Source: Pristiophorus japonicus
Taxonomy: Eukaryota
Length of the DNA stretch: 64,000 bases
NCBI RefSeq assembly: GCF_044704955.1
Contig: NW_027254534.1
Coordinates: 62,001 to 126,000 of the forward strand
Direction: 5' to 3'
Shown here: positions 52,101-64,000 of the stretch, piece by piece
How the letters are laid out: each line of letters opens with the position of its first letter
Numbering within the stretch: the stretch's first letter is position 1
Program-made: the position numbers and the translations under genes
Notes under the pieces: generated by a model
What the model saw: only the letters and a program-made list of their open reading frames with translations
Told to the model about the DNA's origin: nothing
Database searches by the model: none

Positions 52101-53232
52101 CGGCGCCTAAATTCTGCCAACGTCCGCCACGCGGCCGATGCCATCGAGTCGCTAAAAACAGCTCTGGGCCCTGACTCCGTTAGGTGCATCGAGGAGGCTC
52201 AGGCACTTGGGGAGATCCCGTCCGAACTGACCCCCGTCCGGACGGAATTCCTCATCGGTGCCAAACCCCGGAACCTCCCTCGGGGGCCGGCGCCTCACAA
52301 CTTGAGCCGCCTCAGGGAAATCCCCTCCGTGCCTTTCAGTTCCGCGCGGAGGGGTTTCCTGTACGGGCTGCTCCTGCACACCCTCAACTTTGCCATCCTC
52401 GCCGGCCGTCCGGACACGCCATGGCGTACCATCTTGCCGTCCGGAGGAGGCGGGGGTCCCCGATGGAGGGCACTCTACGCAGGGGTCCTCCCACTATTCA
52501 TCGGGGACTTGGCCTGGAGGGTGGTGCACGGAGCAGTGCCGTGCAACAAATTTTTAAGCCGGTTCACGGACTCCCAGGCCGCCTGCAATTTCTGCGGTCT
52601 GGAGGAGTCCGTGTTCCATGTTTTTATGGAGTGCACAAGGTTGCAGCCCCTGTTCCACTATTTGAAGGGGCTGCTCCTGAAATTCTGGCTGCACTTCAGT
52701 CCCACTCTCCTGATCTTTGGGCACCCTGTGCGGAGGGGAGCGGGTAGGTCCGAAGGCCTCCTCGTAGGACTGCTCCTGGGCACGGCCAAGGGTGCCATCA
52801 GCCGGTCCAGGCAGCGGGCGGTCGAGGGGGTCGTTCAACCTGACTGCCTGCCTCTCTTCCGCTCTTACATCCGGTCCAGGGTGTCCTTGGAGATGGAGCA
52901 CGCGGTGTCCACCGGTACGCTCGCGGCCTTCCGCGAGAGGTGGGCACCGGAGGGACTGGAGTGCATCATCACGCCCGGCAACCAAATTTTAATTTGATTT
53001 TACGTTTTAAAGTTAATTTGTTTTAATTGCCGGTGCTTTTAGTGTCCCCTTCCCTTTTATAGGGGGCACTGGGGAAAAATTGTGATTTTAGTGCCCAAAA
53101 AAAAAAACAAAAAAAAAAACACAAAAAAAAAACCAAAAAAAGGAAAAAAGGGCCTTGTAAATGTCTGGTGTGTCACCCAGGTCGGGTGGCACAGTTTAAT
53201 GTTTATGTTTTGCAGGTAGACTCTAAAAGAAT
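52101..53232 (+). mobile_element. 5'-truncated Tx1/L1-clade retrotransposon (ORF2 C-terminal zinc-binding region, 3' UTR) with 15-bp TSD
   Basis: DLAWRVVHG, CNFCGLEESVFHVFMEC; A-rich 3' UTR; TTCTTTATGTTTCTG at 52086-52100 and 53233-53247. Confidence 0.93.
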
Positions 53233-53548
53233 TTCTTTATGTTTCTGTTCTGCTCTCAGGCAAAAATGGTTAATGACGGCCAAACTTATAAGGAAAGTTA
53301 ATTCACGTTTTTTCCCATATATACATTCAATAATCTGAACAGCAAACTCGCTGCTGTGTATGTCGATCTAGATTTCTACATGTTCGAGACATTGACCGGT
53401 TTATAACTGAGATTGCCTGAGGGTCACTTCTGATCAGGACTTGGGAGTCCTTCTATGAGGGCAAGGGACCCTCACTGTCCTTCCGCCCTGATGCTGCCTT
53501 CATCCCATCGTTTAATTCAACACCTTTCTTATCTGTCACTGCTGTAAC

Positions 53549-54826
53549 ATGGATGTAACAGCATGGATTTATGAAGGGGAGTCATGTTTGACAAATTTGC
53601 TGGAATTCTTTGAGGATGTCATGAACAGGGTGGATAATGGGGAAGCCGTGGATGTGGTATATTTGGACTTCCAGAACGCATTTGACAAAGTGCCACATAA
53701 AAGGTTACTGACTGCACAAGATAAAAGTTCACGGGGTTGGGGGTAATATAGTAGCATGGATAGCAGATTGGCTAACAAACAGAAACCAGAGAGTGGGGAT
53801 AAATGGTTCATTCCCGGGTTGGCAATCAGTAACCAATGGGATGCCACAGGGATCAGTGCTAGGACCCCAACTATTTATGATCTATATTAACGACTTGGAA
53901 GAAGGGACCGAGTGTAATGCAGCCAAGTTTGCTGACGATACAAAGATGGGAGGAAAAGCAATGGGTGAGGAGGACACTAAAATTCTGCAAAAGGACATAG
54001 ACAGGCTAAGTGAGTGAGCAAGGATTTGGCAGATGGAGTATAATATTGGAAAGTGTGAGGTCATGCACTTTGGCAGAAAAAAATCAAAGAGCAAGTTATT
54101 ATTTCAATGGTGAAAGATTGCAAAGTGCTGCAATGCAGCGGGACCTGGGGGTACTTGTGCATGAAACACAAAAGGTTAGTATGCAGGTACAGCAAGTGAT
54201 CAGGAAGGCCAATGGAATCTGGCCTTTATTGCAAAGGGGATGGAGTATAAAAGCAGGGAAGTCTTGCTACAGTTGTACAGGGTATTGGTGAGGCCACACC
54301 TGGAATACTGCATGCAGTTTTGGTTTCCATATTTACAAAAGGATATACTTGCTTTGGAGGCAGTTCAGAGAAGTTTCACAAGGTTGATTCCGGAATGAGG
54401 GGGTTGACTTGAGGAAAGGTTGAGTAGGTTGGGCCTTTACTCATTGGAATTCAGAAGAATGAGAGGTGATCTTATCGAAACTAAGATTATGAGGGGGCTT
54501 AACAAGGTGGATGCAGAGAGGATGTTTCCACTGCTAGGGGAAACTAGAACTAGAGGGCTTAATCTTAGAATAAGAGGCCGCCCATTTAAAACTGAGATGA
54601 GGAGAAATTTCTTCTCTGAGGATTGTGAATCTGTGGAATTCGCTGCCTCAGAGAGCTGGGACATTGAATAAATTTAAGACAGAAACAGACAGTTTCTTCA
54701 TGATAAGGGAATAAGGGAATATGGGGCAGGGAAGTAGACCAGAGTCCATGATCGTATTAAATGGCGGAGCAGGCTCGAGGGGCCGTATGGCCTACATTTG
54801 CTCCTATTTCTTATGTTTTTATGTTC
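53549..54826 (+). mobile_element. CR1 RT and 3' end with 4-bp TSD (TAAC)
   Basis: SCLTNLLEFFE, KFADD; empty site TGTAACTACA at 48951-48960. Confidence 0.93.
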
Positions 54827-55101
54827 TAACTACATTCGTTTTTTCAGTATTACCTTCAGCTGGAATGCCCCGTAAATGTCTATGATTTGAAAACTAAAAG
54901 GACATTCTGTCCACCGTGTATATGCTGATTTAAAACACCTAACACCACAATATAGATCTTGGCAAAAAACATATCTATACAGAACAAAGTGTAAAGCAAC
55001 TATCTCGCCCCCGTTCCCCAGGTCACTGCTCTCTCTGTGAGGAGGTGGATGGGTCTGAGAAGAGCCTTTGTGTTGTGTTTGGGGGAAAAGGGTCATGTTA
55101 T

Positions 55102-55413
55102 TCAGCCGCCGAATCCATAGAGAGTGCGGCTCTGCTGTTTCAGAGCGTACACCACATCCATGGCAGTGACCGTCTTGCGATTGGCGTGTTCAGTGTAGAT
55201 GACCGCATCCCTGATCACATTCTCCAGGAAAACCTTCAGCACCCCGCGGGTCTCCTCGTAGATCAGGCCCGAGATCCGCTTGACACGGCCACGGCGAGCC
55301 AGGTGGCAGATGGCTGGTTTGGTGATGCCCTGGATGTTATTACGGAGCACTTTATGGTGCCGTTTGGCTCTGCCTTTACCCAGTCCTTTGCCTCCTTTAC
55401 CTCCTCCAGTCAT
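55102..55413 (-). pseudogene. H4: Divergent H4 (open ORF, 12 substitutions), probably a pseudogene
   Basis: S1T R3G G14R R19H D24N R35C R36H G42R T71I K77N R92Q G94S; stem-loop at 55051-55066 has a C-C mismatch; H4 promoter missing. Confidence 0.85.
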
Positions 55414-56011
55414 GATGATTCTTTACTGAAATCGCCGCTGAATGTTAATCTCTCGCCTTACCCATTGTCTGTTGAGATCACCAATGAAACGAGGGTGGAA
55501 ATTCCTGTCCTCAACAGTCACACCTCGAAAGATTTTTAATTTCAAAAATACCGCCAATAATTTTTTAAAGTGCGGATTATGTTAATAAATGCACCATTAG
55601 CCAAAGGTTTACAAACAGGTTTTACTTCCTTTTATTTTATTCCATATTTCCCTTACTAATTCCAGGCTGTTACAATCAAAATTAAATTTGCGTTCACTGT
55701 CAATCTGTCTGTAACGGACGGCAATCAATCCCCACTGATTCTGTAACAGGGCACATTCCAGCTCAAACTGTGTCAATGTTGGGAATCACAAATCATGGAT
55801 TGATCTTCCGCACAGGCGGGAGTGAGACCAGAACTGGGAGCCCTTCTGTGAAAAGGGAAGAGGGATAGAGTGTTCACACTGCTCCCATTCTGGTCTCTGT
55901 ACAAACTCCCATTCTGGGTTTTTACACTGCAGGGAGTCCCGGGTTAATAAACAGATTGACCGTAACAGGAATTGAAAAATAAACTTATAAAGGGCTTGCG
56001 AGAGAATGAGG

Positions 56012-59000
56012 TGCAGGACATTCTAAAAAGGGAGGGAGAACAGCCAGTTGTCGTGGTGCACGTTGGTACCAACGACATAGGTAAAAAAAAGGGATGAGGT
56101 CCTACGAAATGAATTTAAGGAGCTAGGAGCTAAATTAAAAAGTAGGACCTCAAAAGTAGTAATCTCGGGATTGCTACCAGTGCCACGTGCTAGTCAGAGT
56201 AGGAATCGCAGGATAGCTCAGATGAATACGTGGCTTGAGCAATGGTGCAGCAGGGAGGGATTCAAATTCCTGGGTCATTGGAACCGGTTCTGGGGGAGGT
56301 GGGACCAGTACAATCCGGACGGTTTGCACCTGGGCAGAATCGGAACCAATGTCCTCGGGGGAGTGTTTGCTCGTGCTGTTGGGGAGGAGTTAAACTAATA
56401 TGGCAGGGGGATGGGAACCAATGCAGGGAGATATAGGGAAACATAAAGGAGGCAAAAGCAAAAGACAGAAAGGAGATGAGGAAAAGTGGAGGGCAGAGAA
56501 ACCCAAGGCAAAGAACAAAAAGGACCATTGTACAGCAAAATTCTAAAAGGACAGAGGGTGTTAAAAAAACAAGCCTAAAGGCTTTGTGTCTTAATGCAAG
56601 GAGTATCCGCAATAAGGTGGATGAATTAACTGTGCAAATAGATGTTAACAAATATGATGTGATTGGGATTACAGAGACGTGGCTCCAGGATGATCAGGGC
56701 TGGGAACTCAACATCCAGGGGTATTCAACATTCAGGGGTATTCAACATTCAGGAAGGATAGAATAAAAGGAAAAGGAGGTGGGGTAGCATTGCTGGTTAA
56801 GGAGGAGATTAAGGCAATAGTTAGGAAGGACATTAGCTTGGATGATATGGAATCTATATGGGTAGAGCTGCAGAACACCAAAGGGCAAAAAACGTTAGTG
56901 GGAGTTGTGTACAGACCTCCAAACAGTGGTAGTGATGTTCGGGAGGGCATCAAACAGGAAATTAGGGGTGCATGCAATAAAGGTGCAGCAGTTATAATGG
57001 GTGACTTTAATATGCACATAGATTGGGCTAACCAAACTGGAAGCAATACAGTGGAGGAGGATTTCCTGGAGTGCATAAGGGATGGTTTTTTAGACCAATA
57101 TGTCGAGGAACCAACTAGGGGGGAGGCCATCTTAGACTGGGTGTTATGTAATGAGAGAGGATTAATTAGCAATCTCGTTGTGCGAGGCCCCTTGGGGAAG
57201 AGTGACCATAATATGGTGGAATTCTGCATTAGGATGGAGAATGAAACAGTTAATTCAGAGACCATGGTCCAGAACTTAAAGAAGGCTAACTTTGAAGGTA
57301 TGAGGCGTGAATTGGCTGGGATGGATTGGCGAATGATACTTAAGGGGTTGACTGTGGATGGGCAATGGCAGACATTTAGAGACCGCATGGATGAACTACA
57401 ACAATTGTACATTCCTGTCTGGCATAAAAATAAAAAAGGGAAGGTGGCTCAACCGTGGCTATCAAGGGAAATCAGAGATAGTATTAAAGCCAAGGAAGTG
57501 GCATACAAATTGGCCAGAAATAGCAGCGAACCTGGGGACTGGGAGAAATTTAGAACTCAGCAGAGGAGGACAAAGGGTTTGATGAGGGCAGGGAAAATAG
57601 AGTACGAGAGGAAGCTTGCAGGGAACATTGAAACAGACTGCAAAAGCTTCTATAGATATGTAAAGAGAAAAAGGTTAGTAAAGACAAACGTAGGTCCGCT
57701 GCAGTCAGAATCAGGGGAAGTCATAACGGGGAACAAAGAAATGGCAGACCAATTGAACAAGTACTTTGGTTCGGTATTCACGAAGGAGGACACAAACAAC
57801 CTTCCGGTTATAAAAGGGGTCGGGGGGTCGAGTAAGGAGGAGGAACTGAGGGAAATCCTTATTAGCCGGGAAATTGTGTTGGGGAAATTGATGGGATTGA
57901 AGGCCGATAAATCCCCAGGGCCTGATGGACTGCATCCCAGAGTACTTAAGGAGGTGGCCTTGGAAATAGTGGATGCATTGACAGTCATTTTCCAACATTC
58001 CATTGACTCTGGATCAGTTCCTATAGAGTGGAGGGTAGCCAATGTAACCCCACTTTTTAAAAAAGGAGGGAGAGAGAAAACAGGGAATTATAGACCGGTC
58101 AGCCTGACATCGGTAGTGGGTAAAATGATGGAATCAATTATTAAGGATGTCATAGCAGTTCATTTGGAAAGAGGTGACATGATAGGTCCAGATCAGCATG
58201 GATTTGTGAAAGGGAAATCATGCTTGACAAATCTTCTGGAATTTTTTGAGGATGTTTCCAGTAGAGTGGACAAAGGAGAACCAGTTGATGTGGTATATTT
58301 GGACTTTCAGAAGGCTTTCGTCAAGGTCCCACACAAGAGATTGATGTGCAAAGTTAAAGCACATGGGATTGGGGGTAGTGTGCTGACATGGATTGAGAAC
58401 TGGTTGTCAGACAGGAAGCAAAGAGTAGGAGTAAATGGGTACTTTTCAGAATGGCAGGCAGTGACTAGTGGGGTACCGCAAGGTTCTGTGCTGGGGCCCC
58501 AGCTGTTTACACTGTACATTAATGATTTAGATGAGGGGATTAAATGTAGTATCTCCAAATTTGCGGATGACACTAAGTTGGGTGGCAGTGTGAGCTGCGA
58601 GGAGGATGCTGTGAGGCTGCAGAGCGACTTGGATAGGTTAGGTGAGTGGGCAAATGCATGGCAGATTAAGTATAATGTGGATAAATGTGAGGTTATCCAC
58701 TTTGGTGGTAAAAACAGAGACAGACTATTATGTGAATGGTGACAGATTAGGAAAAGGGGAGGTGCAAAGAGACCTGGGTGTCATGGTACATCAGTCATTG
58801 AAGGTTGGCATGCGGGTGCAGCAGGCGGTTAAGAAAGCAAATGGCATGTTGGCCTTCATAGCAAGGGGATTTGAGTACAGGGGCAGGGAGGTGTTGCTAC
58901 AGTTGGACAGGGCCTTGGTGAGGCCACACCTGGAGTATTGTGTACAGTTTTGGTCTCCTAACCTGAGGAAGGACATTCTTGCTATTGAGGGAGTGCAGCG

Positions 59001-59495
59001 AAGGTTCACCAGACTGATTCCCGGGATGGCGGGACTGACCTATCAAGAAAGACTGGATCAACTGGGCTTGTATTCACTGGAGTTCAGAAGAATGAGAGGG
59101 GACCTCAGAAACATTTAAAATTCTGACGGGGTTAGACAGGTTAGATGCAGGAAGAATGTTCCCAATGTTGGGGAAGTCCAGAACCAGAGGTCACAGTCTA
59201 AGGATAAGGGGTAAGCCATTTAGGACCGAGATGCGGAAGAACTTCTTCACCCAGAGAGTGGTGAACCTGTGGAATTCTCTACCACAGAAAGTTGTTGAGG
59301 CCAATTCACTAAATATATTCAAAAAGGAGTTAGATGAGGTCCTTACTATTAGGGGGAATCAAGGGGTATGGCGAGAAAGCAGGAATGGGGTACTGAAGTT
59401 GAATGTTCAGCCATGAACTCATTGAATGGCGGTGCAGGCTAGAAGGGCCGAATGGCCTACTCCTGCACCTATTTTCTATGTTTCTATGTTTCTAT
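56012..59495 (+). mobile_element. Young CR1, 5'-truncated in ORF1; ORF2 nearly complete (650-aa open stretch)
   Basis: Same family as 36955-41094; frameshifts from a 17-bp duplication CAGGGGTATTCAACATT (~56717-56750) and small deletions at ~58720 and ~59106; tail (TTTCTATG)3. Confidence 0.97.
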
Positions 59496-59824
59496 GAAAT
59501 CTGAGCCTCATTCCCTAAACAAGCTCTTAATTCCTCGGCAGGCGCTGTAAATGGGAACGAGCGACAAGGAATCGTGTTTGTAGCATGAATGGCGGGAAAT
59601 TCAACAGCGGTCCTAACGTCGAACCAGACAGTGAAGCTGCTTATGAGAATTCAAAACTAACTCCACAGCTGGAACTGCAAAGGTTCCCAAACACACTTGT
59701 TCAGGAAATAATTACAGTAAATTGAGTCTAAAGGGTGATGCGCTTTAGGTCTTTCAGAGAGGTTGTGGGTGGCTCTTAAAAGAGCCAGTGTTTGGGGTGT
59801 TCCCTCAGGACAGCGTGGAGAGTT

Positions 59825-60890
<1,066 letters not shown>

Positions 60891-61029
60891 ATGTTTCAAT
60901 AGTGAAACAGCATTTGATCCTACCGCTCTGTGTGGCTGTAAGATTCACAATGAAACTCAGCCACTTCAGATCACTGTTGGACTGACAGCTTCTGCTGCCT
61001 GTGATAACAGGATTGAGGTCAGTTCTGTG

Positions 61030-62215
61030 TCTCTGCGCTCTGAGTGATAATGTACTTACTGTATGCGAGAAGGAGCTGCCTGCATTTTTTCTTGTGTGCT
61101 GGGTGGAAGAAATATCATATTTATACTGGCTCAATGAAGTATTTTGCTTTGAGAATAATAATACCAGAAAAATATTAGTTATGATATGGACAACTGATGG
61201 GGAAAATATAAAATAAAGTTGTAATGAATGTATATGTTTATAATAAAGTAAAGTATCTGGAGAGAGGAAACCGTGATACAAACAGTGTTCTTGTCTGACC
61301 TCACTGCAGTACAGCAGCACTCAGATTTTCCACACCAGGTGTGTAGGACGGTTCTATAGAAAGTTATCAGCATCTAGACACAACTCAAACCCAGCACTGG
61401 TCCATGAATGGGATCACCCGATTAATACAATCGAGGTTTATATCCTCCACTCCCATAGGACTACCTGTAAAATTCTGAATCGCTTTCTGGATTATAACCA
61501 CAGGTACCTGGGATGTACAACAATTGTTCTCAGTCTATTGGAACCGAGTTAAGTGCCTGTGCAGACAACAGAATGTCACAGAGCCCGGATCATGATGTAT
61601 CTGAGGGAGCGACAATGTATCTCTCGATCACCTTCAACACGGATCTGGAGAACTCAATGCAACGAAACAAAATTACCAAATTTGAAATGTCTACTTTCTG
61701 TCCTGGTGCCTGCAATAGATACACTTTGTGACACTCCTCACATCCTCACTGTCAGGCTGTGTTTCCACTGTTCAATGTCCAAGAAGGGCAGACACGGTGA
61801 GATTGGGACTGAATCAGGAACATTCACTACTGGTTTGGTGACAGAAACCAGCAATGATTTGAAAGAGTGTGGTGATTAACTTTCTCTGTTACCTTACACT
61901 GTACACACACAGCCCGGGATATCCCCGCTCCCTTCCCCCCACTCACTCCATGTTCCCAAACTACTTCCTGCTCCATTCTGCCTCTTACAAGCAGCCCCCG
62001 ATTCCCCGACACAAAGCCCATTTGCGGAAACAGTCTCAATGCGATGAGCTGCTGTAAGGAGTCTGCTGTTTGCTCCCTTACTCTGGCCTGGAATATCTCC
62101 GCTCCCTGATGTGTTCAACGATCATCAGCCCAGCACAGAGGAAATGGCAGCCACTGGCAGAGCTGGGGAAGGGGAGCTCGCATGTGCCCTTCCTGTCAGT
62201 TTAAATACTGGGCGG
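61030..62215 (-). other. Duplicated promoter/leader-exon module, copy C
   Basis: High similarity to 29650-30545, lower to 34700-35650. Confidence 0.72.
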
Positions 62216-62339
62216 GAGACAAGTGGGGGGTGGGGGGCGGTGTTGGGGGGGGGAGCAGGCAAGTATTTCAATGCTGGAGCGTGAAGCTTGGAGGTGAATC
62301 TGGAAGCTCAGAGGCCGCTGTCTCTGCCCAATCTGTCAC

Positions 62340-64000
62340 CCTGTATTGTTCAGACTATGGGATGTGAGTGTGGGTTTTACACTGTATTGTTCAGACTATG
62401 GGATGTGAGTGTGTGTTTTACACTGTATAGTTCAGACTATGGGATGTGAGTGTGTGTTTTACACTGTTTCGTTCAGACTATGGGATTTTTACACTATATA
62501 GTTCAGACTATGGGATTTGAGTGTGTGTTTTACACTGTATTGTTCAGACTATGGGATGTGTGTGTGTTTTACACTGTATAGTTCAGACTATGGGATGTGA
62601 GTGTGTGTTAAATTTTATATGAATCAAAAAGCAGAATGTTTAAAAGAGGAGAGACTTGTAAATGTAGTTATTCAGGGGGATTTGAGTGTCATTGTGCACG
62701 AATCACATATAGTTAACTTGCAGCTACTGCAAGCAATTAGGAAGGTAAAGGATATGTTGGCCTTTATTACAAGGGGTTTGGAGTAGAAGAGTAAAGAAAT
62801 GTGGCTGCAATTATGTAGGGCTTTGGTGAGACCACACCTGGATTACTGGGCACAGTTTTGGTCTCATTGCCTAATGAAGGATATTAGAGGGGGTGCAACA
62901 TTGAATCCTGGGATAGGGAGATTGAGTGAAATGCACCTATACACTCTGGAGTTTAGAAGAATGAGAGCTGAGCTCATTGAAACCTAAAAAGAATCTTAGA
63001 AGTCTTGGCAGGGTAGATGCTGTGAGGATGTTTCCCTTTGCTGGATAGTCTAGATCTAGGGGTCATAATCTCAGGATAAGGGATCGGACACTTAGGACTG
63101 AGATGAGGAGCAATGTGTTCACTCAGAGGGATGTGAATCTTTGGAATTCTATACACATAGGTCTGAGACACTCATTCATTGAGTATATTCAAGACAGAGA
63201 ACAAAGGGAATCAAGGGAAATGGGTATCAGGCAGGAGTTCAGGGTGAAGTTCAGCCATGAATGTAATGAATTGCGGAGCAGGCTCGAGCGGCCTTACCGC
63301 CTGCTATTTCTTATTCTCTTATAGCTGTCAGTATCTGGTACATGAGTGTTGTTCTTTCTTCAGTTTTTGGTGGGCAAAAGTGGGTTTTATTATACACCAT
63401 GTCAGCTTCTGGAATGTGACTGCGAGTTCCACTCTGTTTTTGCCTGTCTCCGGGATGTGAGTGTGGATTTTACTCTGTACCTGTCGGTCTCTGGTATGTC
63501 AATGTGGGTATTACCCTGTACCTGTCAGTTTCTCATATGTGATTGGGAATTTATTCTGTACTTATCAGTTTCTGTTATGTGAGTTTTATTCTGTACCTGT
63601 TATTTTCTGAATTTGTAACATGGGTTTTCCTCTGTACCTGCCAGTTTCTGGGATGTGAGTGTCATTTTTTGTCTGTACCTGTCTGTTTCCAGTATCGGAA
63701 TGTAGATAAAACTATGTAGTTCTCAGTCTCTGGGATGTGAGTGTGCGTTTTACTCTGTATCAGTCACGTCTTTGGTATGTGAGTGGGTTTTATTCTATAG
63801 CTGTCTTTCTCTGCTATGCGAGTGTGATTTTACACTTTATCATTCAGACTCTGGTATGTGAGTGGGGTTTTATTCTGTACCTGTCATTTTCTGCTGTGAT
63901 AGTGCTGCTTTTGTGCTGTATCTGTCAGTTTCTGATGTGTGAGTCTGTTTTAATCTGTACCTGTTAGGCTGTGGGATGTGAGCATGTGTTTGACTCTGCA
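62340..64000. repeat. 41-bp satellite: homogenised variant at 62340-62610, degenerate at 63325-64000
   Basis: CTGTATTGTTCAGACTATGGGATGTGAGTGTGTGTTTTACA, period 41. Confidence 0.88.
62615..63322 (+). mobile_element. Old CR1 3' portion inserted in satellite
   Basis: RPHLDYWAQFWS, LEFRRMR; tail TTTCTTATTCTCTTAT. Confidence 0.85.

Noticed and set aside
56790-58742. 650-aa RT ORF as an active or domesticated gene
   Set aside because: Flanked by frameshifts and 5'-truncated; a young dead CR1 copy

Overview
Eukaryotic, repeat-rich vertebrate DNA. The CR1 families, Deu-domain SINE and C2H2 family suggest a cartilaginous fish (inference). The left half (1-30 kb) is a cluster of tandem C2H2 zinc-finger genes with no recognisable KRAB domain: three arrays, all with frameshifts or stops, plus two small remnants. 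They are buried in CR1, L2, Penelope and SINE debris and 39-67 bp minisatellites. The middle (30-41 kb) holds a TIR element, a ~1.8 kb satellite built from the CR1 3' terminus, and a near-full-length CR1 nested in an older CR1. The right half (42-60 kb) is a replication-dependent histone cluster: H1, H4 and H3 on +, then a triplicated H4-H2B-H2A block on - that decays outward. Each copy of that block carries different retrotransposon insertions, including a Tx1 fragment with a 15-bp TSD. A 41-bp satellite and a thrice-repeated promoter/leader-exon module flank the cluster. A 134-nt N gap covers the 3' part of H3. Repeat boundaries were set by eye and are approximate unless junction bases are quoted.
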